Below, one piece after another: positions 14,497-26,973 of a stretch of 64,000 nt of DNA. Source of the stretch: Camelus dromedarius (taxonomy: Eukaryota); NCBI RefSeq assembly GCF_036321535.1, contig NC_087436.1, forward strand, positions 40,922,001 to 40,986,000, written 5' to 3'. Position 1 is the stretch's first letter. Every line of letters begins with the position of its first letter. A program made the translations under genes and the position numbers. A model generated the notes under the pieces. It ran no database searches. It worked only from the letters and a program-made list of their open reading frames with translations, and was not told where the DNA came from.

Positions 14497-15036
14497 TTTT
14501 TTTTTAATTGAAGTATAGTCACAGTTTCAATTTTCAATTTCAATGTGTCAATTTCTGGTGTACAGCATAACGTCCCAGAGGCATACATATATATTCATAT
14601 ATTTGTTTCCATATTATTTTTAATTAAAAGTTATAATATATTGAATATAATTTCCTGTGCTATACAGAAGAAATTTGTTTTTTTAATCTATTTTTATATA
14701 TAGTGGTTATCATTTGCAAATCTCAAACTCCTAAATGTATCCCTTCCCACTCCTTACCCTGGGTAACCATTAGATTGTTTACTATGTCTGTAAGTCTGTT
14801 TCTGTTTTGTAGATCATTTGTAGTTCATTAGTGTCTTCTTTTTTTCTTTCTCTCTTTCTTTCTTTCTTTCTTTCTTCTCTTTCTTTCTTTCCTTCCTTCC
14901 TTCTTTCTTTCTCTCTTTCTTTTAGATTTCACATATGAATGATATCATATGGTATCTTTCTTTTTCTTTCTGGCTTACTTCACTTAAAATGACCATCTCT
15001 GGGTCCATCCATGTTGCTGCAAATGGCATTATTTTA
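14497..15036 (-). mobile_element. 5'-truncated younger L1 (end of ORF2 + 3'UTR + polyA)
   Basis: Starts with polyT then aattgaagtatagtc...; ends ccatgttgctgcaaatggcattatttt; candidate TSD acattgcctct (14486-14496) / acatttcctct (15046-15056). Confidence 0.92.
14835..14923. repeat. (CTTT)n/(CCTT)n compound microsatellite within the L1
   Basis: Seen directly. Confidence 0.9.
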
Positions 15037-16359
15037 ATCCAGATAACATTTCCTCTGCACTTGGTTCCTTAGTTTTGCACATATTGAGGTTCAAAGTTGA
15101 CGGCAAACCCAAATACTAAAACCATCTGTTAGGATCCAGGGGCGTTTGTTATTACTCACTGCTTCCTCATGGTGTAAGGTCAATACTACAACAAGGTATG
15201 ACTGAATAAATATTCAATAGGAAAATACATTGTCTCAAAGTAGGAACTGCCCACTGTCAATACAATCAGTAACAAAGGATCAGGCTATGCTGCCCCTGGG
15301 GATTGATTCCTTTGGGGTGCTGAGAAATTTCAACTGAAGAATAGCATTTGTTAGAAGTGGCATCATTTAATGGTATCTTTCCAGATAAAGTTTATAGTTT
15401 CTCAAACACTCTTACTTCAGCATAGGTAGCAAATTATATTTAAAAATAAAGAAAAATAAAAAGAACATTTGTCTTGATCCATATGTGGTACTTGCTACAT
15501 AAGTTTAGAGTATTATCAGTAGAATGTTGGCTTAGGAGATAGTTAATTCTAAGTAGAACAAAGTTAAATGTTAAAGGCTTCCTCTCAGGAACTAGGGTGA
15601 AACATGACAAACTATATTAAATATTATTTTCCTTGTCTAAAAGTGCAACAATTTATTGTAGTACTTTAGGATAACTTCTAAGAGGGAATAATAAAATCTA
15701 CCTGATACTTAAAAAATACAGCATGCTAAATATCGTATATTAAAAAAATCTCATATGGTTTTCACTCTTTTTTAAACTTTTTCTGGAGCAGAGTTAGTAT
15801 ACCTGGTTCAACACATTAATTCCAGTTTTCAGGGCCAAACATAAGTGCCTGTTCCCTTTCTCTTTACCTTATTCTATATGTAATTGATCATTTTCAAGTC
15901 AATGAGAAATGTCTTAATGGAAGTGAACAACATATTCTAGTATAGTTGTAGTGACTACAATCTTTTTGGGCTACATTTTCTGATAAGTTTTGCAGAGGCT
16001 AAAGGCATTTAGTATAAGAGACACAATATCAATTCAAAATTACTACACGTTGTCAACCATGTCAAATATTACTCCGCTTTATATTATAGATATAACATAA
16101 ATTTCATTGTATTAGATTCTTATAATTCCAATAAATTTAAATCTAAGCTTCAAAAGATAAACATTTAGCTGCATTCTCAGAATGTGAGATAAATGCAGAT
16201 TCCTCTTCATTGCATATCTTATCTCCTAGGATGACCTAAGTCACCCATGTTTGTGATTCCACAAAATCGGAATACTTTCTTAGAATTCACTGCCATGATA
16301 TTCTTTAGACATCACTCTGTTCAGAATGATAAAGTGTTTGTAATGGTGTGAAGAAATGC

Positions 16360-16580
16360 AATGATTAAGAGCAGAGGCTCTGGACTCATACTTTTGAAGT
16401 TTAAATGCTGGCTTTAAACCACATTAGCTGTGTGTGTGTGAAGATTACATGATCTCTTTAGTTTCACTTTTCTCATTAGTAAAACAAAGATAATATTACT
16501 AATTACTCCATTGTTTCAAGGCTTAATAGTATTTCTCAGTGCAAGCTTTTGACATAGTACCTAGCACATAGATAGTGTAC
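16360..16580 (+). mobile_element. MIR SINE, near full length
   Basis: gattaagagcagaggctctgga...ttagctgtgtg...ttttctcattagtaaaa...acatagtacctagcacatag. Confidence 0.75.
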
Positions 16581-17579
16581 CCTCCTCCCCAAAAATGTGT
16601 ATTACAAATACAATAAGTTCTGGATCACTGAACTGGTTTGGTTGAATAAGGGAAAAAAATGTGAGCTCTGACTTACCTAATCAATGGTTAATTCTGAAAT
16701 ATTTTTTCTTTTAAAAGAAATTTTGATTTGTAATCATCAGAGAGTTATCTAGGAATCTTTAGCTTACATTAATAGATTGCAACAGTCCATTAAGTCACTG
16801 TAGAGGTTAATTACTGCCACAGTAATGATAATGAACAAAACACTCCAAAATTGTAAGCTTTGGTGCCTGTATCACTGAAAAAATAAATCAATCTTAAGAT
16901 CTTAATAATCCTAAGAGCTTAGTTAACAGTGCATTTTTTAGTTTTTCCTCAACTTCTTGGTGAATAGTTTACGTTCTCTGCAAAGCCAGCATCTCTACTT
17001 GGATTAAAACTTCTCATTTCTCCAAGAACCCGACTCCAGCAATTTCTCTCTTGTTTCTGCATTAACAGTTATTCTTGTGCACTGTATCTGTTATCCCTCC
17101 CATATGAAAACACAAACAAACCAATACCTCTGTAGAATCCCCTGCTAGAACACATAAAACTTTCTTGAAAGAGTTATCCGTAATCAATGACCTCAACTTC
17201 TCTACCTTTATTTTCTCTTGAAACCACTTATCTACACTTCTTAATTTTCTTTCCTACTTTGGTTTTTGCTTCATAAAAACACCATCACAACACAAAGGCT
17301 AAAGTTTTAACTTATTTCCCTTCTCCTTCTTCTTGCCCACTTCTAGACAATAAAATGAAAGATGCATGATTGTAGGCATTTGAGTAAGTTTTCTTCACTG
17401 CTGTATTTTCTACTTTTAGGATATTAACTGATAAATAATAAACATTTAATAAATATTTATTGATAGAACAAATAAGTGAAAGGTTAGAGAATCTATAAAT
17501 GAAATTTGACATATTAGAGGAAGCTTAGCAGAACAGTTTACAGTCTGAAATAACAGTTTAAGGAAAGGAGATGAAAACA

Positions 17580-17990
17580 ATAGGTTTGATACCCCACACA
17601 AAACACCAAACTTAACTCTAGGTGAATTACCCAGTTCAAAAAGAAAAAAAAAAAAGAATAGGAGAAAACAGAGAAAAGTTCTTAAAATGTCTGCTGTAGG
17701 AGAGTATTTTATTTAGGCACTTTCAATTTAAAAAAAAAACTTATAAAGAAATTTAAAATATCATAAAGAAAAATATTGATAGATTTGATTACATGAAATG
17801 TACTGTATATGTGTGTACATGTGAATATTTATAATATACCCAAATACATGTTTATAATCAAAATTAAAAGTGGATAAAAGTTCAATAACTTCAGAGAAAA
17901 CACTAAATACCAAGAGAAAAGTTGGTAATGGACATTAACAGACAAGATAGAAACACACATTTATAAAATAATCCCAGCAAGGAGTTGGTC
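17580..17990 (+). mobile_element. Old L1 (L1ME-like) ORF2 remnant
   Basis: cataaagaaaaatattgatagatttgattacatgaaa resembles the ORF2 KEKIDKFDYIK region. Confidence 0.55.
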
Positions 17991-18299
17991 AGGACATAAT
18001 TTTTTGGAATGCCTTTTTGTAAAATAAACTGCTCATGTTTATTACAAGTCTGTTTCATGGTATTTTTACTAGTACTGAATGTTTCTGGGAAAACAAAGCA
18101 TAGATACAAGTGTACACAGACGCAATTTTTTTTGGAATGTAAAAATAGGTTATCCAATTATGTCAAAAGCATTTCAGTTGTTACAAAAGTATATTCTTTT
18201 CTGTGTCTGTTACTCATTTTTTTGAATTTTGCAAATTATCTTCTGAATATGCATGACTGTCAAACTGTATCTTCAATCTTTTTCTTGTGATGTCAGGAG

Positions 18300-18850
18300 T
18301 CCTGTTAATAACAAATAGATGATTGGCACCGTTCCTTGAAGGGGCCCATGGCATCTTGAACAAAACATGTTCAAAAACTGAAATCACTGTTTTCTGTCAA
18401 TGTTCGTTGTCCCTACGTTGGGAATGTGACTTACTGAGATCACCATTTTACAGTTTTTCTTGTTCACAACCTGGAGTGGTGTGTCATTCCCCCCTCCTCT
18501 GCTACATAAATCAGCTAACATGTCCTGTCACTGCTACTTCTGAAGTTAACATCTCTGCTGCCCTCATACCTGGTGGGCCTTTATGCAGCTTCTCACTACC
18601 TCTTGGTTCTCATAGTTACTTGAAGCTCTTCCTTATTCATAATTGCTCTAGATTTTTTTTTTTAAATAATTGCTCTAGTTTTGATTTGCCTGCATCCACT
18701 TGCCTGAATAATGTTTCTAAGGGCATATTTAATCATTTCCTTTTCTTGTTCATAAGCCTTCAAAATTGTCTTATTCCCCAGTTCTTATGCTCTGTGTTCC
18801 ATTCTCGTGATAGGATTTGCCAACCTCAAACCTCAAGAATATACCAGATT
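18300..18850 (+). mobile_element. L2 LINE remnant
   Basis: ggcatcttgaacaaaacatgttcaaaaactgaaatc...aacctggagtgg resembles the L2 3' region. Confidence 0.55.
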
Positions 18851-21659
18851 CTATTCTCAAATACAGTCAGTTAATTTGTTGTACAAGAGCATCTCTGTGT
18901 ATGTGTGTGTGATTGTTTTTTTCTTGTTTGTTGATCTCAAAAAAAAAAAAAAAGAAAACCTTAAAAATCTTAGGGTTGGGGTTAGGATTCCACGTGCATT
19001 TGCACTTGGATTCCTTTCTGTTAGGAAGTCCTTCACTCTTGTTAGATTATCTTCTGTTCTTTCCCTTCCCAAGCCACAGTCTCCTCCCTGGAACTTTAAT
19101 ATTTATACATGTATAACAATCACTGACTTAGGCAAAAAGTTAGATATGCTATTTTCAGGATTTATGTAGTTAATGCTAAAAACTCTTTAACGGCTATAAT
19201 GCATTCAGCTCTGGAATCTTCTCTGGTTCTGTAGGGGGCTCTGGGGCCTGAGGAGTCTTGTCGTCCCATGGAGAACTGACCCCACCTACACTGAGAAGAA
19301 CTGAACATGAGCTGGCCCTTAATACTCCCAGGGCCTTTGGCACAAGTCCACTTGAGAGTTCACATATATTATCATGAAAGTGATCCTTATTTCAGTTCAC
19401 AAATTTTACATGGATCTTGCTCTTTAAAGATTATCTCACTTCTGTACTGAAGTGTTTTTTCCTCCCAAATTGCATTTTCATATTTTCTATCCTAACCATT
19501 ATTCTATCATGACTTATTCACAATGACAAGAAGGCTTAAAAATATGTGTTCAATATTTCAACTTTGAATATATTTTTATAAAAACATAAATTAAATGAAA
19601 AAGTATGTAATGAAAATTCTTTTATTTGTACTTTTGTCATTTTCCTTTTAAATTATTAAAATTATTTGCTAAAATTAAAAGGCATGATATAATTAAAATG
19701 CCAAAAATTCTGCATAAAGCTATTTTTACTTTATACATTTAATTAAATGTCATTAACAATGTTATAAAATAGAACTAGTTCCAATTCTATGCCTCAAAGT
19801 TATCTAGTTGACAATATAAAAAATGATGATACATTTCATGAATGTTATGTTTATAGCACATACACAATTTCAAGAGTAAGATGGATTGCTTAATATTACA
19901 AATGTACATCAGCCTCCATTTGCCACTGTTGTGAAAATCATCTCTAATTCATGAGTTCCTCTGAAATCACAAATGGGAACATTGAGATAAGCAAGAAAAC
20001 AGATGTTTAGAACTACTGGGAATCAATACCTAATTATGCAAGCATCTATTGCATTCTTGCTTCCTGAGAAGAAGGATTTGACAAGTTAATTAATTTGTCT
20101 TTCCTCTTCTCTAAGCACATCCATCACTCAAATCTTACATAGCTTCTGTATCAATACCCACCCTAACATTGTCAGGAATACAATATATGAACTTCATGGT
20201 TCTCTGATGCAGTTGTATTTTATTTTGAGGTCACAGGGCTCTCGTCCTGTATGGAGGACTGTTTCCTTAGGACCCAAAAAGTATTATCACTAGAGTGGCT
20301 GTTCAGATTTACAGATGGTGCTCTGTCAAGTGCTAAGTGCTAGGTTGTGAATGAGGTTCTTGTGTGTTTTTTAATGAATGTACTTTCCATTTGTGCTTGT
20401 GAAATGCGCCCTCAAAAATGCGGGGCCTTTCTTGCTGGGCTGTAAAAGCAGTATCAATGTAACTAATCCATAGGTTTCACATAATCTTTGGATGTTATGT
20501 TAATTCCTCATAGGAACTCCATAACATTCATGAGTTCTAAATTACATAAGGAAAAAATAGACTTTTAACTTAAAATAAATCTTGGCCGAAATCATGTATA
20601 AAGAAGCTATAGCTTTTCCTGGTAATGGCCCAGTGTTATCTATTCTAGCTGGGGTAGTCAGAAAAGAAATATCAGTTACCAGACTAAAGTTCCATTGATT
20701 TAAACTTCTTCAATATGTATATCCAGTAAATCCAATCCCCTTAAATCCTAACTTCTCTCTTTATCTCATCTGGAGTTCATAACCTATGGCCCATTATCAA
20801 ATATGACTCTTGTGAGCATTTTAATTCCTTTCCTTTTTCCTCCCGCCTTTAATCTTATCCCTGGAGAAAACTCACCTGACTTCCCTCCCTAAGTATGCTT
20901 GTAAGCAGATGAACACCTAGAAGAAGCAACAAAAACTACAACATAGAACGCTGACCAGGCTTACTTTAAAATCATGACTAGAAATGTAAATCAGCAAACA
21001 CTGCCCAGCAGTGCTACACGTTTCCCTCATGTTTGCTTCCTCTCTCTCCAAAGCAACTGGCTCATGTTTCCCATTGCCTTGACCAACACGCACACCCTGC
21101 TCTTTTACTCAAACAACGGCATCACCTTCTATTTCAGTGCAAAAGGAAAATAATACACAACCATTGTCTCATCTCACTGAGAGCAAAGGAGCTCTGCCCT
21201 CCTTCCTGCAACAGTGAACAATGTGCCGTGCCTCCCAATCCATAGGCATAACTACAGCCACTCCCTTCTGCTACGCGGGGACTTCCCATCTGTAGCTTCC
21301 TCTGTAATACTCTGTAGAGTATCTGTTTCACGCATGCCGCCTGATCAATCCCCTCACACATCAATGTGCTTTAGAATCTTCTACTATAAAATAAGAAAAA
21401 AATAAATCCTCCTTTGTACTCCATCTCCTTTTATCAACAACTCTTTTTTTTTAAAGTTACAGTTCAGAACAAACTTAAGGAAAAAACCCTCTCTACTGTT
21501 TTATGCACTTCCCCCTCTCCCAAGTATGGTATTAGGCCCCCTTCTCTCTTCGATTCCCGAGGTGAGTTCATCTAATTCTATGCTTTATGTAACAACAATA
21601 TGTTAATGACCCCTCCTAATCACTCCTGAGCTGTATGCTACATAATCAATTACTCGATA

Positions 21660-22341
21660 TGTGGGAGCCCATGATTGGGTTAATAAATTGTAACAGACCC
21701 CAGCCACTGGTGACCTTTAAGAAGCGCAAATGTGCTTTGCTAGCAGGCACCTGTGCATCTGCACTCCTGTCTCCTTGCCATAAAAAACAGAGACAATGCC
21801 TTGTTTGCATAGTTGAGGTTTTAGCCTAGGGCTGCCTCCGCAATGGCAAAACCATTCTGTGTCCCTTGCTGTAAATGCAGCACATGGCTTGTTTATCATA
21901 AGCATAGGTCCATAGTTTAGGGTTTACTCTGTGTTGTAAAGCAAAGCAAAGACCCATGCCCTCAGCTATAACCGCAGGGCATGCTTTCTGCTGTTTAGAT
22001 AGTCTATAATCCCCAGGACAAGAAACTGGTGGTCTGTTTTGTAATGAGTTTCTTATATCAGAAGAATGTACCTTGCTCCCCTCCCTCCATGACTGCCCTG
22101 AGGGTAAATTAAGCCTTTGTACTCACTGTGGAACTTATGATCTCTACCCAATCCTGTTTTCCTTAAAATCCTGCATTCCATGACACAATTGTTTATGATC
22201 TTTTCTTTGATTGTGCACAATAAATATGGGAGTGTTTGAGAGGCTGGAGGAGTTGGTCTCCGACTCCCTCTAGCTCTTTTGACTTTCCACAGAGTCTCAT
22301 TCATTCTGTCTCAGTGGGACTTCTGCTGGACAAAACCTACA
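21660..22341 (+). mobile_element. Solo LTR, ERV2/ERVK-like
   Basis: TGTGGG...CCTACA termini, AATAAA near 22218, candidate 6-bp TSD tcgata (21654-21659) / ttgata (22342-22347); 6-bp TSDs are typical of class II ERVs. Confidence 0.75.
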
Positions 22342-22342
22342 T

Positions 22343-22983
22343 TGATATGAGACAGGAGGGAAGGGGGCGGGGCACAGCCACTCAAGGAATGACAGCAATT
22401 TAACACCAAAATGGTGGAAGATTCACCTCCTAGTGGGCCTTAAGGATTGAGAGGTTTAACTTCTAGGAGAACTTGAGCTTCAGTATATGTTCATTGTAAC
22501 AGCCTGATCAAATAACATGCCTGCAGGCGCCATGACAGCCCCAAGGCCAACCACAAAAGGCCAAAGAATGGGCAGTGGCCCAATTCCTGGTAATCCCAAC
22601 CCCTTCCCCAGGGCAGTTGGATTGATCCCACATGTAGGCATGTGAAGCTACTGAGACCATAAAAAGTGACAACACCATGCCTAGTGGCCCTTTTCGCTCT
22701 CTCCCCTTTGGAGTGGCCCGCACTCTGTCTATGGAGTGTGTACCTACTTTTACTTTAACCTGAGCACCCAATTCCCACACCTCTTTCCTTGCCTTTCTCT
22801 TGCTTTATATTCTATGCAGTATGTACCTCTCTAAATAAATCTACCTTTACTCAACGGTGGCTCACACTTGAATTCTTTCCTGCGTGAAGCCAAGGACCCA
22901 CACTTGGCAGGGCACATCCCAGGGGCTCAACAGAGACCTTGGACTCAGCCCTCCTCACATCCCACATCTGTTTTCCTGCATCA
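22343..22983 (+). mobile_element. Solo LTR, ERV1 (MER41-like artiodactyl family)
   Basis: TGAT...ATCA termini, AATAAA ~22834, characteristic ttgaattctttcctgcgtgaagccaaggaccca near the 3' end; family name from memory. Confidence 0.8.
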
Positions 22984-23166
22984 TATATATATATATATTT
23001 GGATGTCTTGTAAGTTCAAACTTATTTTTAAAATAGAATACCTAATTTCCACTTTTACCCATGTACACAGAAGCTACTATTTTTTCTCTTTTTTCTCAAA
23101 GAAGTGTGCTATAATCTACACAGCACCGTAAACCAAAAACTCTAGGATTTTTTCCTTTATGCCTTT

Positions 23167-23964
23167 TGTGATATTGTGATTTACAGTAAGAAATATATAT
23201 TTGGTCTTTGTTCCCATTTCTGGCAGAGTTACAAAAACCTAAGGAATTTTCTAAGAGATGAAAGTGGCAAAAGGTAACTTTTATTACATTAATGAGGAGA
23301 CATTTGGACTCCAACTAAGAATGGGGACTGGAACTTTTAGCCCCACTGCCCCTCCCCCAAACACACACACCTTCAGGAAGGGGAGACTGGCTGGAGATTG
23401 TGTTCAGTCATCCATGGCCAATGTTTTAATCGATCATCCCTATGTAATGAAGTCTCCATAAAACCCAAAAAGGACAGAGTCTGGAAAGCTTCCAGGTTGG
23501 TGAACACATGGAGATGTCTGGAGAGAGGCGCGTGCAGACAGGGCATGAAAGCCCCACACCTTTTCCCTATACCTTGCCCCATGCATCTCTTCCATCTGGC
23601 TGTCCCTGAGTTATATCCATCTATAAACTGTCCCTGAGTTATATTCATCTATAAATTTATAATCCAATAAGTAAAATGTTGCTGTGAGTTCTGTGAGCTG
23701 CTCTAGAAAATTAACTGAACCCAAGGAGGGGGTCATCAAAAGCATAGGTGATAACCTGGCCTGTAACTGGCATCTGAAGGGTGAGTGCTTCTTGTAGGAT
23801 TGAGCCCTTAACCTGTGGCTTTAGGATACTAGGTCCCAGTAGATACTGTCAGAATTTAGTTGAACTGTAGGGCATGATGTTGGTGTCAGAACATTGCTTG
23901 TCGGTGCTGTAGAAACCCCCCAAACCCACACACGTACATCTGAAGTGGGTGCTCAGAATTTTTA
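23167..23964 (+). mobile_element. Solo LTR, MER21-like (ERVL class)
   Basis: Starts tgtgatattgtgatttacagtaagaaatatatatttggtc; perfect 5-bp TSD CCTTT at 23162-23166 and 23965-23969. Confidence 0.88.
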
Positions 23965-24119
23965 CCTTTGTTTCCTTTACACTCTATATCCGTAACACTA
24001 ACATCACTATTTTTGTAATGTACACTAAATTGGTCCAACTTTCTCTACCCCTGTGACTGCCATACTGTTCTAAACCACAATCACTTTTCACCTAAACACT
24101 GCAAAAATCTCCACATCCT

Positions 24120-24270
24120 TGCTACTCAGATTACTAGCACTGGTAGGCATTTCCTAGAAGCATGTTGGGAATGCGGAATGTCAGACCCTGCCCCAGAACT
24201 CCTTAATCAGAATCTGCATTTTAACAAGATCCATCCCCATGTGATTTATGTGCACAGTGAAGTCTGGATA
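24120..24270. mobile_element. MER5-like hAT-Charlie DNA transposon fossil
   Basis: aatcagaatctgcattttaacaagatc...gtgatttatgtgcaca matches MER5 family text. Confidence 0.75.
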
Positions 24271-24482
24271 ATGTAATGTGACTCCTGCCTATTTCTGACC
24301 TCATTTGTTAGACTTCCCCCATGGCTTATGATGACTTGGTTTTTTCCCTCAAAATTACCACATTCTTCCTTCTCTTAGAATCTTAGTGGTTGAGTTCGCT
24401 GCCCATGATGCTCTCCCCTGATTATTAGTGGCTCCATCCTTCTTGCCATTCAGGTGTTTGGCTAAGAATTACCTCCTGAGAG

Positions 24483-24893
24483 TGTTTGGATTTAATTTTT
24501 AATAGGTCTTTCAGGTTTCTGCAAGTCTTGTACCTGATTTTGTTCCTGACTTCCTTTTCAAGGATGTCTGTACAATAAACAGCTGTGCAATACAAAGAGT
24601 GTGTTCTGATCTGAAACAGAAGATAAATTTGTTTGCTGTCCAGAAAAAAAAATAAAGGTAATGTCTCATTCTGTGAAAAGGTTGGGCAAATTCAGCAGTT
24701 CTTTTATAAGACTGGGGTCTCCCAAGCTTGAATTTCTTCACTGTGAGCACAGCATCAGACTGGGTGTGGTTATCCATCACCCTCCTGGGACTTGGGGCAA
24801 AGGGAACTAACATAAACAGGAAGCTTATGCTGCCTACTGTGTTATGAGTAATCAAACCTAGCCTTCTCCCATTACCCATGAAACTGTGGCATG
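24483..24893 (+). mobile_element. LTR40-like ERVL solo LTR, 3'-truncated
   Basis: gggacttggggcaaagggaactaac...tatgctgcctactgtgttatgagtaat...catgaaactgtggca resembles recalled LTR40. Confidence 0.65.
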
Positions 24894-25849
24894 AAACCTG
24901 CAGACTCTGGGAAAGAGGAAAGACAGATAGGGCGCATACAGGACTGCTGGAACTAAGGCGGCTAGTGAAAAAGTGGGCCATCCTGTCTCCACAGCAATAC
25001 TAATGTAACTATCTGACTTTACCTACTAGAACCTAGCTTCCTCAACCAAAGTAAACTGAAATTAAGATGGAATACTTAAAATTTTTTTCCATTTTGAATG
25101 CTTAGAGCATCTCAAATATTTTTGAACAGTTAAACCATACTGTTTTGGTTGTTCTTTTGATTCCCTCTTTAATAGTGAAACTGAAACAGGGAAAGTACAT
25201 CAGTTTATGCTATATGCGAAAATACCAATCATTTTTTACTTTAATACCGCTGCTTGAGCAGCTTCATGGTCCTGGAAAGACTCTAACTCTTTATTCTTTA
25301 ACAGCTTTGAAATGCTTAAGAGAGACTTTTTTAGTGAATTATGTGTTCCTCTACATGCGCAAACTTTTGGAGATGAAAACTTACTTCAACATCTTCATTA
25401 ATAGCATTTCTCAAGTATAAATAGCAATAGTAATTAAATTTATAATGTTATTCTATTACTACAAAATCATTTGAGATATATTTCTTGAACTAGTGATTAT
25501 GGCAAATTTATTCTGCTCATAAAAAACTGTTGTGGTAAAAGAATGTGAGAAAACACACATCAGGAAAATTACTCATAGAGAACTAAGAGATAATAAATAT
25601 GATAGAGATTGTAGTTATTCTCTTAATGTTGATTGTTAACTTGATGTCAACTTATATAATGTTATTTTATATACTCTAACATTAAAAATAAAGTGTTTTC
25701 AAGAATAAATCAAATTTAGCTAAAATTATAAATCAAGAGAGGAAAATGGCTTACTAACATTAGTTAGGTATTTAAATTTCCAATATTCTCATTGTGATTC
25801 AACAGTAAGATACATCTAACAGATACTAAAATCTCACGGTACTATAACA

Positions 25850-26110
25850 GAAGTCAAGCATTTAAAATGAGGGAGGTAATAGTTCTATCCTGCTCTTTAC
25901 TGGTCAGGCCACACATGGTAGTTTATTCACTTTTAAACCCTTATTTTAAGGAGTATGATGTCAATTTGGAAAACAATGGAATGATGAGAATATTCAAATT
26001 CATCAAAGATTGGGTAATAAAATTAAGGATATATGTCCTGTACAAGAGAAAGCTCATGGTTATCTTTAACCACGTGAATAACTGTCATGCAGAAGCTGAC
26101 TAGCTATATA
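25850..26110 (+). mobile_element. L3/CR1 LINE remnant (ORF2 C-terminal region)
   Basis: ORF REVIVLSCSLLVRPHM...PYFKEYDVNLE resembles CR1 [35 protein letters not shown]. Confidence 0.75.
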
Positions 26111-26298
26111 CTCTGTGCTTGAGTTTTTGATAGGACAGTAAGGGTAGAAAATAGTGACATTTTACCAGAGACTTAAATAATGAGATGTAATGAACCATAT
26201 AAAGATCTGGATGAGCAAGAGCATTACAGGATAAAGTAAGAGTAACTGCCGAGGTTTGAGGCTAAACTGAGAAAGGGAGGTTAGAAAAAGCAAGACTT

Positions 26299-26350
26299 TA
26301 TATACACCAAATATGCTATGTATATACACCAAATATGCTATGTATATACA
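26299..26350. repeat. 22-bp tandem repeat x2.4
   Basis: tatatacaccaaatatgctatg repeated exactly twice plus tatataca. Confidence 0.9.
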
Positions 26351-26973
26351 ATGTGTGTGTCCACATTACATCAGGTAGATACCTATTAATTTATTTGTGC
26401 TCTTAAAATTTCAAAGAAACAGTCTAGGAAGTTGTATAGACATACATACGATGGTTGATGATTCTAACTTTTGCTCAAATTAATCAGTGCTAAATGTTGG
26501 TTTAATAAGAACAACTAATTCTTCAGATTTATTTCCAAACTATCTTATTGTCAGTAAACAGTAATATTTGGTTTAATAAAAAATTATATGAAATGGTGCT
26601 TAGAAATATTTTCCATGTCTGTTTAGGAAAAATAATTGTGACAAAAACTTATGTTCTGGGGTATGAGTAGAATTTTGAAAATCTTAATATACTAAGTTTT
26701 AGCTGACTATTCACAGGCAAATTACCTGCATTGCAATCAAATGTTTCCTTTGTCAAATTCTGACTGACAAGTTATCACTGATTTTGTTAATTCATTTTTT
26801 TGTTATGTCATCTTCTCCTCTAAATTTCCACTTTTTTTTCCTGTCTCAAGCTTTTAGCAGATTACTTTAGTACAATTTCCTTATACAGACGTTAATCACA
26901 TTTTTATGGTCTTAATGACTCAGTTTTTTATTATAAATTCCTGATAAAAAGACTCTTAAAGATGCAATATTAG

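Larger units (their letters stand above)
20740..24482 (+). mobile_element. Long L2 remnant fragmented by nested insertions
   Basis: L2-like text (ggtgagttcatctaattctatgcttt...tgttaatgacccc...tactcgata | tttggatgtctt...tcaaactta ... ccattcaggtgtttggctaagaattacctcct) resumes collinearly after each inserted element. Confidence 0.6.

Noticed and set aside
14474..15027. ctgcaaatgg shared by the left flank and the L1 5' end as insertion microhomology
   Set aside because: Lies on the polyA side outside the candidate TSD, so the geometry does not fit; likely coincidence
18323..18874. Longest ORF (183 aa)
   Set aside because: TTG start, overlaps an L2 remnant, Cys/Phe/Ser-rich composition typical of non-coding DNA, no recognisable domain
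18939..18953. A15 tract as the tail of a processed pseudogene
   Set aside because: No upstream AATAAA, no TSD and no coding remnant
24511..24981. 156-aa minus-strand ORF
   Set aside because: Antisense to an LTR40-like element; no recognisable protein
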